In this document: positions 47,301 to 56,745 of the stretch, piece by piece | Numbering within the stretch: position 1 is the first letter of the stretch | Layout: each line of letters opens with the position of its first letter | From: Rhodothermales bacterium | Lineage (GTDB): Bacteria; Bacteroidota; Rhodothermia; Rhodothermales; UBA10348 | Reading direction: 5' to 3' | NCBI GenBank assembly: GCA_017643395.1 | Contig: JAEPNP010000001.1 | Coordinates: forward strand, 1,739,806-1,803,805 | DNA length: 64,000 bases | Notes under the pieces: model-generated | Seen by the model: the letters and a program-made list of their open reading frames with translations, nothing else | Database searches by the model: none | Told to the model about the DNA's origin: nothing | Program-made: the position numbers and the translations under genes

Positions 47301-48185
47301 CTACACCGCTTCAACCGCCTGAATCTCCCTCTCAACAAACTGTACGATCTCCCGGAATACCACGGGACTGTAGAGAATGCGGTTGTGCCCCAGTTTCGAG
47401 GTGTGCACCAGGCGGGCGTGGGTTTCGCGGGCGATGGCCTCCGCGTCGCTCACGGGCACTATCGCATCCTCGGGATCGTGCAGAAGCAGGGTGGGTACGG
47501 CTGCGTCCCGGATGCCGTTGGCAGACGTAAAGCGCTCAATGCGGTCTCCGCCGATCTCCTCGAGGCGCCGATCAATGCGCGTCTTGACGCCGGCAGGCAG
47601 CCCGAACAACTGACAGAATCGGCCGCTGACATCCTTGAGTTCATTGGCGCCGGCCACCAGAACAAGTCCTACAACGTTGCGGGCCGGCTCAAGCGTGGGC
47701 GCGCCGGCGGCCGCAAGCACGCTCATGGATGCGCCGAATGAGTGCCCCACAAGAACTGTCGGACCGAAACGGTCGGCCAGTTGCACGACCGCGGAGCCGG
47801 CCCGGTCGAAGGTCAGCGTAGTCCCGTCCGACTCGCCATGCCCCGGAAAGTCCAGCGCAACTACGCGCAGGCCGGCCTCCCGAAGGGGCTGCACAAACCC
47901 GGTCATGTACAGGGCCCGGGACGTCCATCCATGCACGAGTACGACCGTAAGCGGTTCATCGCCGGACTCCCAGACCCACACGGCGAGGCCGTCCATCTCC
48001 TCCCGGCGAGCCTGGTCAAGGGTGGCCTGGGCGCGCTCCAGGCGCCGGCCCTCGATGAGGGTGCGTCGGGCACCGATGGGCGTGACGAACAGCCGAAAAG
48101 CGACAGCGGCGGCCGCGCGCTCGGAGACGGAGGCCAGCGCGCGCAGCGCAAGCGAAATGGCCCTGCGAAGCGATTCCGGGATCAC
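47301..48185 (-). CDS. alpha/beta hydrolase
   Basis: VVLVHGW...FPGHGESDG...LVGHSFGAS (GxSxG)...LLLHDPEDAIVP...LGHNRIL. GTG start overlaps the upstream stop by 4 bp. Confidence 0.8.
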   Translation of the reverse strand: MIPESLRRAISLALRALASVSERAAAAVAFRLFVTPIGARRTLIEGRRLERAQATLDQARREEMDGLAVWVWESGDEPLTVVLVHGWTSRALYMTGFVQPLREAGLRVVALDFPGHGESDGTTLTFDRAGSAVVQLADRFGPTVLVGHSFGASMSVLAAAGAPTLEPARNVVGLVLVAGANELKDVSGRFCQLFGLPAGVKTRIDRRLEEIGGDRIERFTSANGIRDAAVPTLLLHDPEDAIVPVSDAEAIARETHARLVHTSKLGHNRILYSPVVFREIVQFVEREIQAVEAV

Positions 48186-49510
48186 GCGGCTTCCGCTTCC
48201 AGGCGGTCGATGGCCTGGTTGACAAGGCCATAGCCGCGCTGCGTCTCCACCACAGCTCCCAGTTTGCTCAGCATACTGAGCAATCCGAATACGACGCGAT
48301 TCACAAATACAAAGTGCGGACTGCCGATCACTTCCCGTTCCCGGAACTGCATGGCTTCGGTCCCGATCGCCTTGACCTGCTCGGCAAATTCGGTTCGGCC
48401 GAAGTCAAACGAGCCCTCTCGATACGGGGCGACGATGAGTTCTCCCATCTTCAGGAAGAAGGCGAAGATCTTGTCCTGCAGCTCCTGGTCGTGATTCGGA
48501 TTCAGGATGTCGAGCCTGAAGTACAGCGTTCGCAGCAGGTCCTCGTCACCCTCCAGCTGCGCGCGGAAGACCCGGAGGAAATCGTGCATGAACGCATCCG
48601 GCAGGGTTTTCACGCAGCCGAAGTCGATGACACCCAGCCGCCCATCGTCCTGGAACAGGAAGTTGCCGGGATGGAAGTCCGCGTGGATGGTGTTCAGTCC
48701 CGAGGCCACCTGACGATGCGAGAAATCGAACAGCAGTTGGCCAAAATGATTCCGGCGTTCCCGGGAGGGGTTCGCCTCCAGAAACGGCTTGATGTGCCGG
48801 CCTTCCACGAAGGTCATCGTGAGCACGGATTGCGAACTCAGATCGGGAATCCATCGCGGCGTGACAACCTCGTCATCATTGTACTGCTCCGCGAAGAACT
48901 CGATGTTGCGCCCCTCCTGCAGGTAATCCGTTTCCAGCAGCATCATGTCCCGGATCTCTTCGATGAAGGGGTCCACGTTGCCTTTGGCGACTCTGGACGC
49001 AATCCCGCGTGCGATGGTGAGATCGGCGTCAATGGTTTCGCGCACATTGGGGTACTGCACCTTGACGGCTACCACGCGGCCGTCATGAAGCGTGGCGCGG
49101 TGGACCTGCCCGATGCTTGCGGCGGCCACCGCATTCGGCTCGAAGGATGCGTACAGTTCCTCAACCGGAGCGCCGAGTGCCTTGCGCACGAGCCGACGGA
49201 CCAGTGCGGCGTTCATGGGCGGCACCGAGTACTGCGCCTGGCTCATGACTTCGATGAACTCGGCCGGAATCAGGCCGGGGTCCATGCTCATGCCCTGCGC
49301 AAACTTGAGCGCGGTGCCACGCAGCTTCGACAGCTCCTTGAACATGTCCTGCGCATTCTGCCGGTGCATGTCCCGGCGGGCCTGTTCGCCACCGGCCCCG
49401 ACTGCAGAACGAGCCATGAAGCGGGCGTAATTGGCCCCAACCTTCAGGCCTGCCTTCGCCGCAATCGCACCCCGTTTGAGCTTGGTCGAAGGGAATTCCT
49501 GATCAGCCAT
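48182..49510 (-). CDS. ABC1/UbiB-family atypical protein kinase
   Basis: ORF trimmed to ATG 49510 (MADQEFPSTKLKRG...). LRGTALKFAQGMSM, AASIGQVHRATLHDGRVVAVKVQYPNV and HADFHPGNFLF are ABC1-family signatures. The start overlaps the upstream gene's stop by 8 bp. Confidence 0.85.
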   Translation of the reverse strand: MADQEFPSTKLKRGAIAAKAGLKVGANYARFMARSAVGAGGEQARRDMHRQNAQDMFKELSKLRGTALKFAQGMSMDPGLIPAEFIEVMSQAQYSVPPMNAALVRRLVRKALGAPVEELYASFEPNAVAAASIGQVHRATLHDGRVVAVKVQYPNVRETIDADLTIARGIASRVAKGNVDPFIEEIRDMMLLETDYLQEGRNIEFFAEQYNDDEVVTPRWIPDLSSQSVLTMTFVEGRHIKPFLEANPSRERRNHFGQLLFDFSHRQVASGLNTIHADFHPGNFLFQDDGRLGVIDFGCVKTLPDAFMHDFLRVFRAQLEGDEDLLRTLYFRLDILNPNHDQELQDKIFAFFLKMGELIVAPYREGSFDFGRTEFAEQVKAIGTEAMQFREREVIGSPHFVFVNRVVFGLLSMLSKLGAVVETQRGYGLVNQAIDRLEAEAA

Positions 49511-50231
49511 TCGCGGTGGGCTCTTCGGAGGGTGGTGTTGGGTCCGAGGGGGCTTCGTCGTCGGTGGCTCCGTCCTTCGACGTGCCGAAGAACCAGTCGC
49601 CCACCATCGAAGCGCCCGGGATGTATCCGGCCTCTGCGGCGTAGCGCAAAACGTCCAGGCCGCGCGAAGCGGTCTGATTGGCGGCCAACTCCGCGTAGAA
49701 CCGAACGAGGCGGTCAAGGAGCGCCGTGGAACGCTCCCGGTCATCGGAATCGTCATCCAGCCAGGCCTGGATCAGCGTGACAAAGGTCTGCACCGTTACA
49801 AAGGCGGACGGCGTGCCGGAAAGAACCGCGCGATTGATGCCGGGCACACGATCGATGTCCAGCATCTCGTCCAGCGCCGAGCCAAGGCGGGCGCGGAAGG
49901 GGCTGCCCCAGGGTGACGCATATCGATCAAAAGTCGCGGTCGCATATCCGAGATCCTCCTCCAGCAGGTCGAGCATCACGAAGGCGAACGCGCCAAACCG
50001 CTCCTCGGGACCGGGCGGCGCCAGTTCAGCGACGGTAGCCAGGCATCGATCTACCAGGAGCGCGTAGTGTCGGACCAGCGGCCCGTCCACGGTACCGAAT
50101 TCCTCATGTACGGCGTCCACCGGCAGACCGGCAGCGTCGGCAACCTGTTGCAGGCCGGCGGGAAGGCCCTGATCCATATACAGATCGCGGGCGACATCGA
50201 CGGCAAGGCGGATTTGGTCGGGCGTCATCAT
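49503..50231 (-). CDS. putative TetR-like transcriptional regulator
   Basis: The N-terminal helix-turn-helix-like segment is IRLAVDVARDLYMDQGLPAGLQQVADAAGLPVDAVHEEFGTVDG, followed by an all-helical body. The assignment is by pattern only. Confidence 0.5.
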   Translation of the reverse strand: MMTPDQIRLAVDVARDLYMDQGLPAGLQQVADAAGLPVDAVHEEFGTVDGPLVRHYALLVDRCLATVAELAPPGPEERFGAFAFVMLDLLEEDLGYATATFDRYASPWGSPFRARLGSALDEMLDIDRVPGINRAVLSGTPSAFVTVQTFVTLIQAWLDDDSDDRERSTALLDRLVRFYAELAANQTASRGLDVLRYAAEAGYIPGASMVGDWFFGTSKDGATDDEAPSDPTPPSEEPTANG

Positions 50232-50358
50232 ATCTGCCGCTGTAGACGGGGCAGTGGCCGGGTTGTTACCAAGTGGTCGGTTAACGGCGTCTGAATAATG
50301 GAAGCGGATTGCCAGTGCGACAGTGTACCTTTGGCGGCTTCCAACCCCTCACCGGATC

Positions 50359-51960
50359 ATGAGCTTTTCGACGCTCGACTACGTTGTTTTTGCGGGCTAC
50401 GCCGCGCTGATCGTCTTTCTCGGTCTCTGGGTCTCCAGGGAAGAGAAAGGCCACGACAAGGACGCGTCAGACTATTTCCTGGCGTCCAAGTCCCTGCCCT
50501 GGTGGGCCATCGGCGCTTCGCTCATCGCGTCCAACATCTCGGCCGAACAATTCATCGGCATGTCCGGGTCGGGCTTCCGGCTGGGCCTGGCCATTGCCAC
50601 CTATGAGTGGATGGCCGCGGTAACGCTGCTGATCGTGGCCTACTTCTTTCTGCCGATCTACCTCAAGAAGGGCATTTTTACGATGCCCCAGTTTCTCGAG
50701 GTACGGTTCGACGCCCGGGTACGCACCATCCTGGCCGTGTTCTGGCTGCTGGTCTATGTCTTTGTCAATCTCACGAGCGTGCTCTACCTGGGCGCGTTGG
50801 CGATGGAAGGCATCATGGGGGTCAGCCTGTGGACGGGAGTGCTGGGCCTGGCAGCGTTCGCCACACTGTACTCGGTATACGGTGGTCTGAAGGCGGTCGC
50901 CTGGACGGACGTGGTTCAGGTCATCTTCCTGGTGGGTGGAGGTCTGCTGACCACCTATCTGGCGCTGGACGCGTTTTCGGGGGGCGAAGGGGCCATCGCC
51001 GGATTCTCCAAGCTGCTCGCAGAGGCTGGGGATCGCTTCAACATGATTCTGTTCGAAGGCGAACTGCTGTACACGGACGATGCCGGCGACATGCAGGACG
51101 CCTACGACCTGCTGCCGGGGCTCTCGGTGTTGCTGGGGGGCATGTGGATTGCCAACCTGTTCTACTGGGGCTGCAACCAGTACATCATCCAGCGTGCTCT
51201 TGCCGCCAAGGACCTCAAGGAGGCCCAGCGCGGTGTGGCCTTCGCCGGCTACCTCAAGATGATCCTGCCGCTGGTTGTCGTGGTGCCCGGGATTGTGGCC
51301 TACGCACTGGAGGCTCCCATCACCCGCGGCGACGAGGCCTATCCGTGGCTGCTGAATGCCTACGTGGGCCCCGGTCTGAAGGGCCTCACCTTCGCGGCGC
51401 TGATTGCGGCCATCGTCTCGTCGTTGGCGTCCATGATGAACTCCACGGCTACCATCTTCACGATGGACCTGTACCGCAACTACGTGAACGAGGGTGCCAG
51501 TCAGCAGCGCCTGGTCTTTATGGGGCGGGTAGCCGCCGTGGTGGCGATCGCGGTCGCAGCGATCATGGCCCCGCAGCTGGCAAGCCTCGACCAGGTGTTC
51601 CAGTACATCCAGGAGTACACCGGCTTTGTCAGCCCGGGCGTTCTGGCGGTCTTCATCATGGGTCTGTTCTGGAAAAAGTCGACCGCCAATGCGGCGCTGG
51701 TCACTGCCCTGGCTTCGATTCCTCTGTCGTTGACCATGAAGGTGGCCCTGCCCGGCCTGCCCTTTATTGATCGCATGGGAGTGGCCTTCCTGGCCTCCGT
51801 CCTGCTGATCGTGCTCATCTCACTCTGGGAGGGCAAAGGCAAGGACAGTGCGAAGAGCATAGAGCTCGACCGCAGCGTGCTGCAGAATGACCCCGTGTTC
51901 ATTGGCCTTGCGTTCGGCATCCTGGGCATCACGGCGGCCCTCTACATCATCTTCTGGTAG
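50359..51960 (+). CDS. sodium:solute symporter (SSS/SGLT family)
   Basis: ATG 50359 (MSFSTLDYVVFAGYAALIVFLG...). DYFLASKSLPWWAIGASLIASNISAEQFIGMSGSGF is the SSS N-terminal signature. About 14 TM segments. Confidence 0.9.
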   Translation: MSFSTLDYVVFAGYAALIVFLGLWVSREEKGHDKDASDYFLASKSLPWWAIGASLIASNISAEQFIGMSGSGFRLGLAIATYEWMAAVTLLIVAYFFLPIYLKKGIFTMPQFLEVRFDARVRTILAVFWLLVYVFVNLTSVLYLGALAMEGIMGVSLWTGVLGLAAFATLYSVYGGLKAVAWTDVVQVIFLVGGGLLTTYLALDAFSGGEGAIAGFSKLLAEAGDRFNMILFEGELLYTDDAGDMQDAYDLLPGLSVLLGGMWIANLFYWGCNQYIIQRALAAKDLKEAQRGVAFAGYLKMILPLVVVVPGIVAYALEAPITRGDEAYPWLLNAYVGPGLKGLTFAALIAAIVSSLASMMNSTATIFTMDLYRNYVNEGASQQRLVFMGRVAAVVAIAVAAIMAPQLASLDQVFQYIQEYTGFVSPGVLAVFIMGLFWKKSTANAALVTALASIPLSLTMKVALPGLPFIDRMGVAFLASVLLIVLISLWEGKGKDSAKSIELDRSVLQNDPVFIGLAFGILGITAALYIIFW

Positions 51961-51963
51961 CCG

Positions 51964-54273
51964 ATGCGCAGTGCGGCCTGGATCATACTCCTGTGTGTGA
52001 CCTCCATGCCGCTCCGTGCGCAGGTCCTGCTGAACGGGGTGGTTTCCGGAAGCGACGATGGCCTGCCGCTGCCCGCGGCGACCGTGCAGGTGGAGGGTCA
52101 GGCGCTCGGAACTGTGACCAGCCGGGACGGGCGGTTCACCCTGGCCGTAGCCACGCTTCCGGTAACGCTCCTGGTACGGCACATCGGGTACTCCTCGCGG
52201 CGCATCGACGTCGTGGCTGCAGGCCCATTGCGCATCCAACTGGACCCCAGTCCGGTGGAACTGGGAGAATTGGTGGTCTCCGGCGAAGATCCGGCGCTGC
52301 CCATCATGCGCCACGTGCTGGCCCGCAAGCAGGCCTGGCGGGACTCGATTTCCACGTCCTATGCGGAAGTGTACTCGCGCTTTCAGCTGTACCGGGAGTT
52401 CGACCTCGTCGAGGTGGAGGAGACGATCGGTGCGCACTGGTGGCACGCCGGCCTGGGCGTACGGCAGATCACCCGCGCCCGGCGGGTGCAGCCCGACCGG
52501 CCCGAGCAGTTTCTGTATGCCGCGCCGACGCATGTGCCGAACCTGTATGACGACCAGGTCCCCATTGAAGGCACGCGCTTCCTGGGTCCCCTCCACCCGG
52601 ATGCCCTCGATAATTATCGCTTTCGCCTGACCGGCCAGCGGGCGCAAGACGGACGGCTGATTCACGACATCGCCTACACGCCATTTGGACTGACGGCGGC
52701 CGGGTTTGTCGGCACGCTGGCCGTGGAGGACTCAACCTTTGATGTGCTCCTGATCACGGCGAGGCCCACCATTGACCGCATGGGTCCGCCGCCGGTGCTG
52801 GACCGGTCGGTGAGGATGGAGCAACACTTTGCTCGACGGGGTATCGCCATGGTGCCCGTCTACTTTGAGGCCAACGGGGCCGTGCGATTCGGCAGGGCCG
52901 GGGTACGCTATCCACGAGCCCGGTATCGACAGGTATCCGGGTTGTCCCTGCACGTCACTGGCGTACAACTGCCGGATACGCTGCGCACCTCTGGACGCAG
53001 CCTCCGGGATGACCCCGGTATACAGGGTGGCACGTGGCTGTTCTCCTGGAATCCGGGCATGATTCCGTTGACCGATGAGGAGCGTCGCGAGATGGACGGC
53101 ATGCGATCGAACCGTGGTTTAGGCGCCTACTTTCGACCGGAGGGACTCCTGGCCCAGTACGCGGCCATTCCGATTGCTGAGCGCAGGGAAGAGCCGCCCG
53201 AAATCGGCGTTCCGGATCCCGTCTGGTTCAAGCCCTGGGTATGGTTCAACCGGGTCGACGGATGGCACATTGGGCTCAGGCCGGAGGTGCCGCTCACCCG
53301 CAGCGTCACATTGCGCCCGGGACTGGCCTTCGCCGAAGCGCCTGACGAAGTACGCTGGACGGCTGCTGCCCACTATGACGAAGGTCCCTGGTCGGGCTCA
53401 TTCGGCGCAGAGCGGCTCACCGGAATCGTGGGGGTAGGCAAGCACCCGGATCGTTTTCTGACGGGTCTGGCGGCGTACGCCGGCTGGGACGACTATTTCG
53501 ACTATTACGATCGGGCGCGGCGCTGGGCCACGCTGGGATTCAGTCGCCGCATCTCATGGGAAGTGACCGCATCGCACGAGGAACACCGGTCGGTGCCCAA
53601 GCAGGACGACTACGAAGGCTGGCTCAAACGCAACGTGCAGCGTGCGAATCCGCCAATTGACGAAGGCACCCTGGCCGCGCTCTCGGCGCGACTTGGGCTG
53701 GGCGAGCCGGACCGAGACGCACGGCGCCTGACCGGTCATCTGGATCTGCAGGGCGAGGTCGCGAGCGAGGGCATGCTGGGCTCTGACTTCGGCTTCAGTC
53801 GGTGGCAGGGAGCGGCTTCGCTTCAGGTGCCGACGCTGATGCGCCGGAGGGCCGTGCCGGCGATGCTGCGGCTTGACGTAGTCGCGGGCGGAGGGTCAGC
53901 AGGCGTGCCCGTTCAGCGCCGGGGGGTGCTGGATGTGGCTACTGGTCCCGTTGCTGGAGAGGTGGCGTTTCGAAGTCGCCATGACGCTCGACTCGTCGCC
54001 CGCCGCTGGGCCGCGCTGTTCTGGCAGCACGACTTCGGGTCCGCGATCGCCGAACGCATGGGCTTCGGTGAGACCAACCTCGGCATTGTGGTCTTTGGAG
54101 CGCACGGAACGGCGTGGCACGGCAGCACCACGCGTCGGGATGAAATCGGAATCGCGTGGTCGAAGCCGTTCAATCTACCGTTCCGCATAAACCTGGCGAC
54201 CGACCTGCGGGAATGGAGTCCCCTGGTGACCCTGGAGTACTACGGCGTTGCCCGGCGGCTGCTGGGTCGCTAG
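51964..54273 (+). CDS. CarboxypepD_reg + DUF5686 family protein (outer-membrane-type)
   Basis: Signal MRSAAWIILLCVTSMPLRAQ. GVVSGSDDGLPLPAATVQVEG...TVTSRDGRFTL is a carboxypeptidase-regulatory-like domain. The rest fits the length and character of DUF5686 proteins. Confidence 0.75.
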   Translation: MRSAAWIILLCVTSMPLRAQVLLNGVVSGSDDGLPLPAATVQVEGQALGTVTSRDGRFTLAVATLPVTLLVRHIGYSSRRIDVVAAGPLRIQLDPSPVELGELVVSGEDPALPIMRHVLARKQAWRDSISTSYAEVYSRFQLYREFDLVEVEETIGAHWWHAGLGVRQITRARRVQPDRPEQFLYAAPTHVPNLYDDQVPIEGTRFLGPLHPDALDNYRFRLTGQRAQDGRLIHDIAYTPFGLTAAGFVGTLAVEDSTFDVLLITARPTIDRMGPPPVLDRSVRMEQHFARRGIAMVPVYFEANGAVRFGRAGVRYPRARYRQVSGLSLHVTGVQLPDTLRTSGRSLRDDPGIQGGTWLFSWNPGMIPLTDEERREMDGMRSNRGLGAYFRPEGLLAQYAAIPIAERREEPPEIGVPDPVWFKPWVWFNRVDGWHIGLRPEVPLTRSVTLRPGLAFAEAPDEVRWTAAAHYDEGPWSGSFGAERLTGIVGVGKHPDRFLTGLAAYAGWDDYFDYYDRARRWATLGFSRRISWEVTASHEEHRSVPKQDDYEGWLKRNVQRANPPIDEGTLAALSARLGLGEPDRDARRLTGHLDLQGEVASEGMLGSDFGFSRWQGAASLQVPTLMRRRAVPAMLRLDVVAGGGSAGVPVQRRGVLDVATGPVAGEVAFRSRHDARLVARRWAALFWQHDFGSAIAERMGFGETNLGIVVFGAHGTAWHGSTTRRDEIGIAWSKPFNLPFRINLATDLREWSPLVTLEYYGVARRLLGR

Positions 54274-56576
54274 GTGTCGATGTTGCGCTTTCGCACCAGA
54301 AACAGTCCTTCCCGGCGACTGGTCACCACCAGCGTGCCGGAACCGAAATACGGATAGCTGCTCCAGGTGCCGTTGAACCCGGCCTTGTCGTTGCCATAGG
54401 GCGTGGTGTCGAAGTGTCCGACCTCGACGGGATTCTCCGGGTCGCTGATGTCGACAATGCGTAGTCCGCTGGCATTGTTGGTCTGGTACATCAGGTTGCC
54501 GTCCACATACAGATTGTGGTCCGTCGCGTTGGTGGGTCCGAAGAACTCTCCGATCATCTGGGGGTCATCCAGATCCGTGAGGTCCCAGATCAGGGTGCGC
54601 GTTCGGTCCACCAGGCCGGAGAGCTCATCGCCCTCATCATTCTGGTAGAAATACCGCTGGTCATCCGTGAACCACCCCTGGTGCACGTAGGCGTAGTTCG
54701 GATATGTGGCCTGGCTCACGGCGACGGGATTGTCCTTGTCGGAGACGTCGGAGATGGACAGCGCAGCCCCGTTGGAACTGACGCAGATTTCCTGGCCGCG
54801 ATGATCGGAATCCGGCCCCTGATAGCTGACGCACTGCGCATCGTGAGTGGCGCCGCCGCCACCGCTGTTTGTGCCGGAGTGCGTGAAGCAACCGACGAAG
54901 GTCGGATTGGCGGGGTCTCGAATGTCGATCATGTGCAGGCCGCCGCCGCACGTCTCGCCGCCGGAGCTGTTGCCTACGGTATAGGCATAGCCCGTGTCTT
55001 CATTGATCACAATGTTGTGCGCCGACGCGATCCCGTCATAAAACGCCGTCGGCTCGAACGTCACCGGGATGTCCGCCAGGTCGCGTAGCTGTCGCAGGTC
55101 CAGCACCTGCATGCCGTGCTGGCCCGCACCGTCTGCCACGATAAAAGCATGATCCCGGTAGACCTTGATGTCGCGCCAGGTCGAGCCCGGTGAGCCTTCA
55201 GTCCGGGGCAGCGTGCCGAGATAGACCGGGCCGGTCGGGCTGGACACGTCGACCACCGCCATGGCCTCCATGTGTCCCACCAGGGCGTATTCCTTGCCCG
55301 TCTCCGGGTCGGTCCAGCCCCAGATGTCGTTCAGGCGAACGCCACGATTGATTTCCATGTCCTCGTTGGGGAGGAAGGCCAGCAGGTCGACCCGGTTACA
55401 GGAGTAGGGTCCGGCGGCTCCGTCCGAACACTCCACCTCGGCGCCGGCGACTGCGGGCACGGCATCGACGGCGTTGTAGAGCACGTCGCTGACGGCCCAG
55501 CCGTCACCGCCGCGGCGATAGACGAAGGCCGTACCCTCGCCATACGCATCTCCGGCCGCACCCACCGCAAGGAAGTCGCCGGAGGCCGCGAAACCTGCGC
55601 CAAAGGACGGCCTGCCGCTGAGTCCGCTTTCCTGCAGGATTTCGATGGGTCCGCTCTCATCCCAGCGCATCAATTGGCCGCCTCCCGACGCCCAGGGCGC
55701 ACCAATCCATACCGCCCGACCGTCCACCTGCACCGACGATCCGAACTGGGAGCGTTCACCAAACGACTCCGGTGCTTCGATCATGACATCCGATTGCCAC
55801 TCTCCGTCCCGCCAGAAGTAGGTGTGCACGCGCTCCGCAGCGGGGGCACCGATGGCCAGGCGGCCTTCCTGGAGATGCACGGAGCTCCCGAATCGGCCCG
55901 GCATGTCGCCTTCCCAGATGACCGTGCCCGCGGGGTTCATGCTGACCCCGGACCACTCGAATACAGCGACCTTGGCGGCGCCCGGAGACGAGGCGGCCAG
56001 GCGATTGCCGTCGGGAGAGAGCGCTGACCCGAACCGCGCATCGTCCCCGTCATCCCTCAGGGTGGCGACGGCCACCCATTCTCCGGAGTTGTATACAAAA
56101 ACGTGAACCTGCCCGGCGCCGTCTGAAGCGCGCGGCGCTCCTACAACGATGGCCTCTTCCACGATGGCCACCGAACTCGCAAAACCGGTCGCGCCGTTGG
56201 CGGAGGGAGCATCCAGCGTTGCGGCCTGGCTGTACAGCCCATCGGACCCCCGCCGGAAAATGTATACGCGGCCGTTGCCGTCGGACGCTGCCGAGGCGCC
56301 CACGACCAGCAGATCACCGTGTGCCGAGACAGCCGAACCAAAGCGGTCTCCGACCTGCCCGTCCGCGGCCATCACGGATTGCACGATCTGCCAGGCTCCG
56401 TCCCCCTGCTGCTTGACGATGTGGACCTGGCCCGGCTCGTGAAAGCCGGATGCCTCGGAGATGTACAACGTGTTCTGGTGCAGCAAAACCGAGCCACCGA
56501 AGGCGGCGAACGGATCCGCAGAGACGCCGGAAGCAGATACAAGAACCAGAGAAAGGAGAGCGGCCTGAAAACGCAT
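54270..56576 (-). CDS. secreted protein: FG-GAP-like repeat N-terminal half + choice-of-anchor B / LVIVD-repeat C-terminal half
   Basis: Signal MRFQAALLSLVLVSASGVSA. Repeated ..RFGSAVS..GDLLVVGA.. units. Then ...YSCNRVDLLAFLP...LNDIWGWTDPETGKEYALVGHMEAMAVVDVS... is typical of choice-of-anchor B proteins. Confidence 0.75.
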   Translation of the reverse strand: MRFQAALLSLVLVSASGVSADPFAAFGGSVLLHQNTLYISEASGFHEPGQVHIVKQQGDGAWQIVQSVMAADGQVGDRFGSAVSAHGDLLVVGASAASDGNGRVYIFRRGSDGLYSQAATLDAPSANGATGFASSVAIVEEAIVVGAPRASDGAGQVHVFVYNSGEWVAVATLRDDGDDARFGSALSPDGNRLAASSPGAAKVAVFEWSGVSMNPAGTVIWEGDMPGRFGSSVHLQEGRLAIGAPAAERVHTYFWRDGEWQSDVMIEAPESFGERSQFGSSVQVDGRAVWIGAPWASGGGQLMRWDESGPIEILQESGLSGRPSFGAGFAASGDFLAVGAAGDAYGEGTAFVYRRGGDGWAVSDVLYNAVDAVPAVAGAEVECSDGAAGPYSCNRVDLLAFLPNEDMEINRGVRLNDIWGWTDPETGKEYALVGHMEAMAVVDVSSPTGPVYLGTLPRTEGSPGSTWRDIKVYRDHAFIVADGAGQHGMQVLDLRQLRDLADIPVTFEPTAFYDGIASAHNIVINEDTGYAYTVGNSSGGETCGGGLHMIDIRDPANPTFVGCFTHSGTNSGGGGATHDAQCVSYQGPDSDHRGQEICVSSNGAALSISDVSDKDNPVAVSQATYPNYAYVHQGWFTDDQRYFYQNDEGDELSGLVDRTRTLIWDLTDLDDPQMIGEFFGPTNATDHNLYVDGNLMYQTNNASGLRIVDISDPENPVEVGHFDTTPYGNDKAGFNGTWSSYPYFGSGTLVVTSRREGLFLVRKRNIDT

Positions 56577-56745
56577 GGTCGGCTGGGGTGGTGGACTGCC
56601 AAGATAACAGAACCTGAAATCGTCGGAACGCCCCGAGCGGTGGCCGGGGAGCGCCGTGCTTCGAGTGCATGAAGCCCATCGCCCGGACCCCCCTTGCCGG
56701 ATTCCTGCGCGGCGCGGTTAATTGGCGGCCCACCCGAGTGCTGCC

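Noticed and set aside
50607-51770. The 387-aa same-strand alternative-frame ORF inside the sodium:solute symporter gene.
   Set aside because: It is Arg/Gly/Pro/His-rich with no TM pattern, whereas the overlapping frame encodes a complete SSS transporter.
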